Source: Tubiluchus corallicola
Lineage: Eukaryota; Animalia; Priapulida
NCBI GenBank assembly: GCA_030141605.1
Contig: JAQGDQ010000002.1
Span: 1,612,001-1,676,000, forward strand
Direction: 5' to 3'
DNA length: 64,000 bases
The notes below the pieces were generated by a model. That model worked only from the letters and a program-made list of their open reading frames with translations. It was not told the DNA's origin and did not search any database. Every line of letters begins with the position of its first letter. The stretch's first letter is position 1. Of this stretch, positions 62,286-64,000 are shown piece by piece. The translations under genes were made by a program, and so were the position numbers.

Positions 62286-62479
62286 CTAAAAGAAATGATT
62301 GGCATTTCAGTGTAAAACTCTGATCGATCCACATGTCCTGACAGAGTAGAATTCAAGTGATAGTAATTCACTATGGAAGCTTCGGCGACATATTCGGGAT
62401 ATCCCAACGAAGAAGCAACGAATCGTGACAACTTTGCCAAATCCTCCGGAAATGGTGAACGACAATTGGCAGAATAAAT
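62286..62479 (-). CDS. ALKBH1: ALKBH1 penultimate exon: IYSANCRSPFPEDLAKLS...AEASIVNYYHLNSTLSGHVDRSE...PIISF
   Basis: TTTTCAG acceptor, AG|GTAAG donor, 194 nt, phase 0 to 2; HxD (HVD) iron motif. Upstream exons not found before 64000. Confidence 0.94.
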
Positions 62480-64000
62480 CTGAAAAGACAAAACATATTT
62501 TTCACATAATATAGCGTGGATCACAAGTTGACAAATTAAAATGTTATTAATAACCACCACATCTAAAATTGTTTGCAGGTTAGATCTAGTTAGATAGACA
62601 ATGAACAAAACTGATTATAAAAATAACATGTAATATAATACCCATCAAAACATTGACATTTTCTAAGTGAGTGACTGCAAATTGCAACTACTTGAGTAAT
62701 CTAGGTAAAAAAGTTTTGTTACCAAATAGCAGCTGATACTAATATGTGCTCAGCGGTATTAACCTAATTCTTATGAATGTATTTGTTTTCCTGATTACAA
62801 TCATCTCCTGCAATGAAACTTACCACAAAGATAATACAGAAAACCAAATTTCCCAAATTTCTTTTATAAATTTCAGAACACTGCAAGACGGTAAACAACA
62901 TTAAAGCTAATTGAAGAAATTATCAAAAATAATCCTTTAAGATGACAATTAAACATTGTATTTTATCCCCATTTTCTTGTGCATCAGCACTACATGCTCC
63001 TTAAATGACACAAATAGTTGGAGGCAGTATGGTAGGTGAAAACTCACAGAAATGATATTCCTGCCAATCAGTCATTCACCTATTAACCAGATGATCCAGA
63101 TCTGGCACTACTTAACTTCAGCAGCCATGTCATGTTGCTAAGCATGGTCCATGACCATTCAGATGTTGGAGCATAAACCAACTTGACAGATTAAACAGAC
63201 ACATGCAAGAACATCAAAAGGAGTCACCAGAAAGATAGTAAAAAATGACTTCAGTCACTACTGCCTAATTTATGTCACTATTAAGTGCTATTAATTAGAA
63301 ATGTGCAGTATTTGAAGCTTTCAATGTTTTTATTATTCGAATAATAAAGTACTATTTGATTATTCTATTTATATTGTATTGATCAGTTACCAATGACCAC
63401 ATTCTGAATGCCACCCGCTTATTTGTAAAAGCAAAAAACCTTGGCACTGAGTTAACATTAATGTCTAAATTTAAAAAAATCTGTCGTCGTATGGCAGAAA
63501 AACAATTATCCCATTTTCAGCTCCATACCCACTGCAAGTCAGTAAACTTAATCATCTTTATGCATCAACAAGCTTAGTAATAAACATTTGAAAGTGCTTT
63601 AACGGATAACAGCTCATTTTGCTGAAGTTCATAGCGCAGTAATTAACGCTGTGATTCAGTCAGTACAACAGAAGGCACAAGTTTATCATTCCAGCTCAGC
63701 AAGGAGTGGTAACTCAACAGTTAACATAAATACACACAGTGATATAGTAACTGCTGCACGGGAGAATTATCTATTTCCATGAGAGCATGGAAGAAAATAC
63801 CTAGAATGAAATATTCATTTATTTGAATAAATTTTCCTGGAATATTCAGATAACAATTTATTTGAAATCCCCTCTCCCCACTATTAACTATAAATAATAA
63901 AAACTAAACGTCCCTGAAAAATAGCTAATACAATAAGAAAGGGAAAAGGAAATATGAGTAAGGCACTGCACAACCTAGAAAAATGACAAAAAGGTCGATT

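Noticed and set aside
62480-64000. Further ALKBH1 exons (expected LRW.TLGYHY.W motif)
   Set aside because: Motif not found on the minus strand; the region appears intronic, with upstream exons outside the window.

Overview
AT-rich, intron-containing eukaryotic DNA from an invertebrate bilaterian (plausibly a lophotrochozoan; the taxon cannot be fixed from sequence alone). Four conserved protein-coding genes can be reconstructed by hand: (1) single-exon FoxL1 (minus, 5604-6920); (2) a PLEKHG1/2/3-family DH-PH RhoGEF (plus, 11 coding exons, 40089-52769, about 1521 aa if ATG 40089 is the start); (3) YPEL5/yippee (minus, 2 coding exons, 126 aa); (4) the last two coding exons of ALKBH1 (minus; the 5' part probably lies beyond the window). 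A roughly 33 kb stretch without a recognisable gene separates FoxL1 from the first RhoGEF coding exon. The window also holds microsatellites, local duplications, MITEs (one hAT-type with a perfect 8-bp TSD), 5S-like SINE fragments and possible decayed retro/DNA-transposon remnants. There are no prokaryotic features, CRISPR arrays, tRNA genes or intact rRNA genes. I found no unambiguous new biological system. The most interesting leads are a splice-toggled overlapping uORF in front of YPEL5, Gli-like sites clustered around FoxL1, FoxL1 apparently detached from the FoxC/F/L1/Q1 cluster, a divergent CTCF-like motif pair in the gene desert, and motif arrays in the RhoGEF tail. All homology calls come from recalled family motifs, not database searches.
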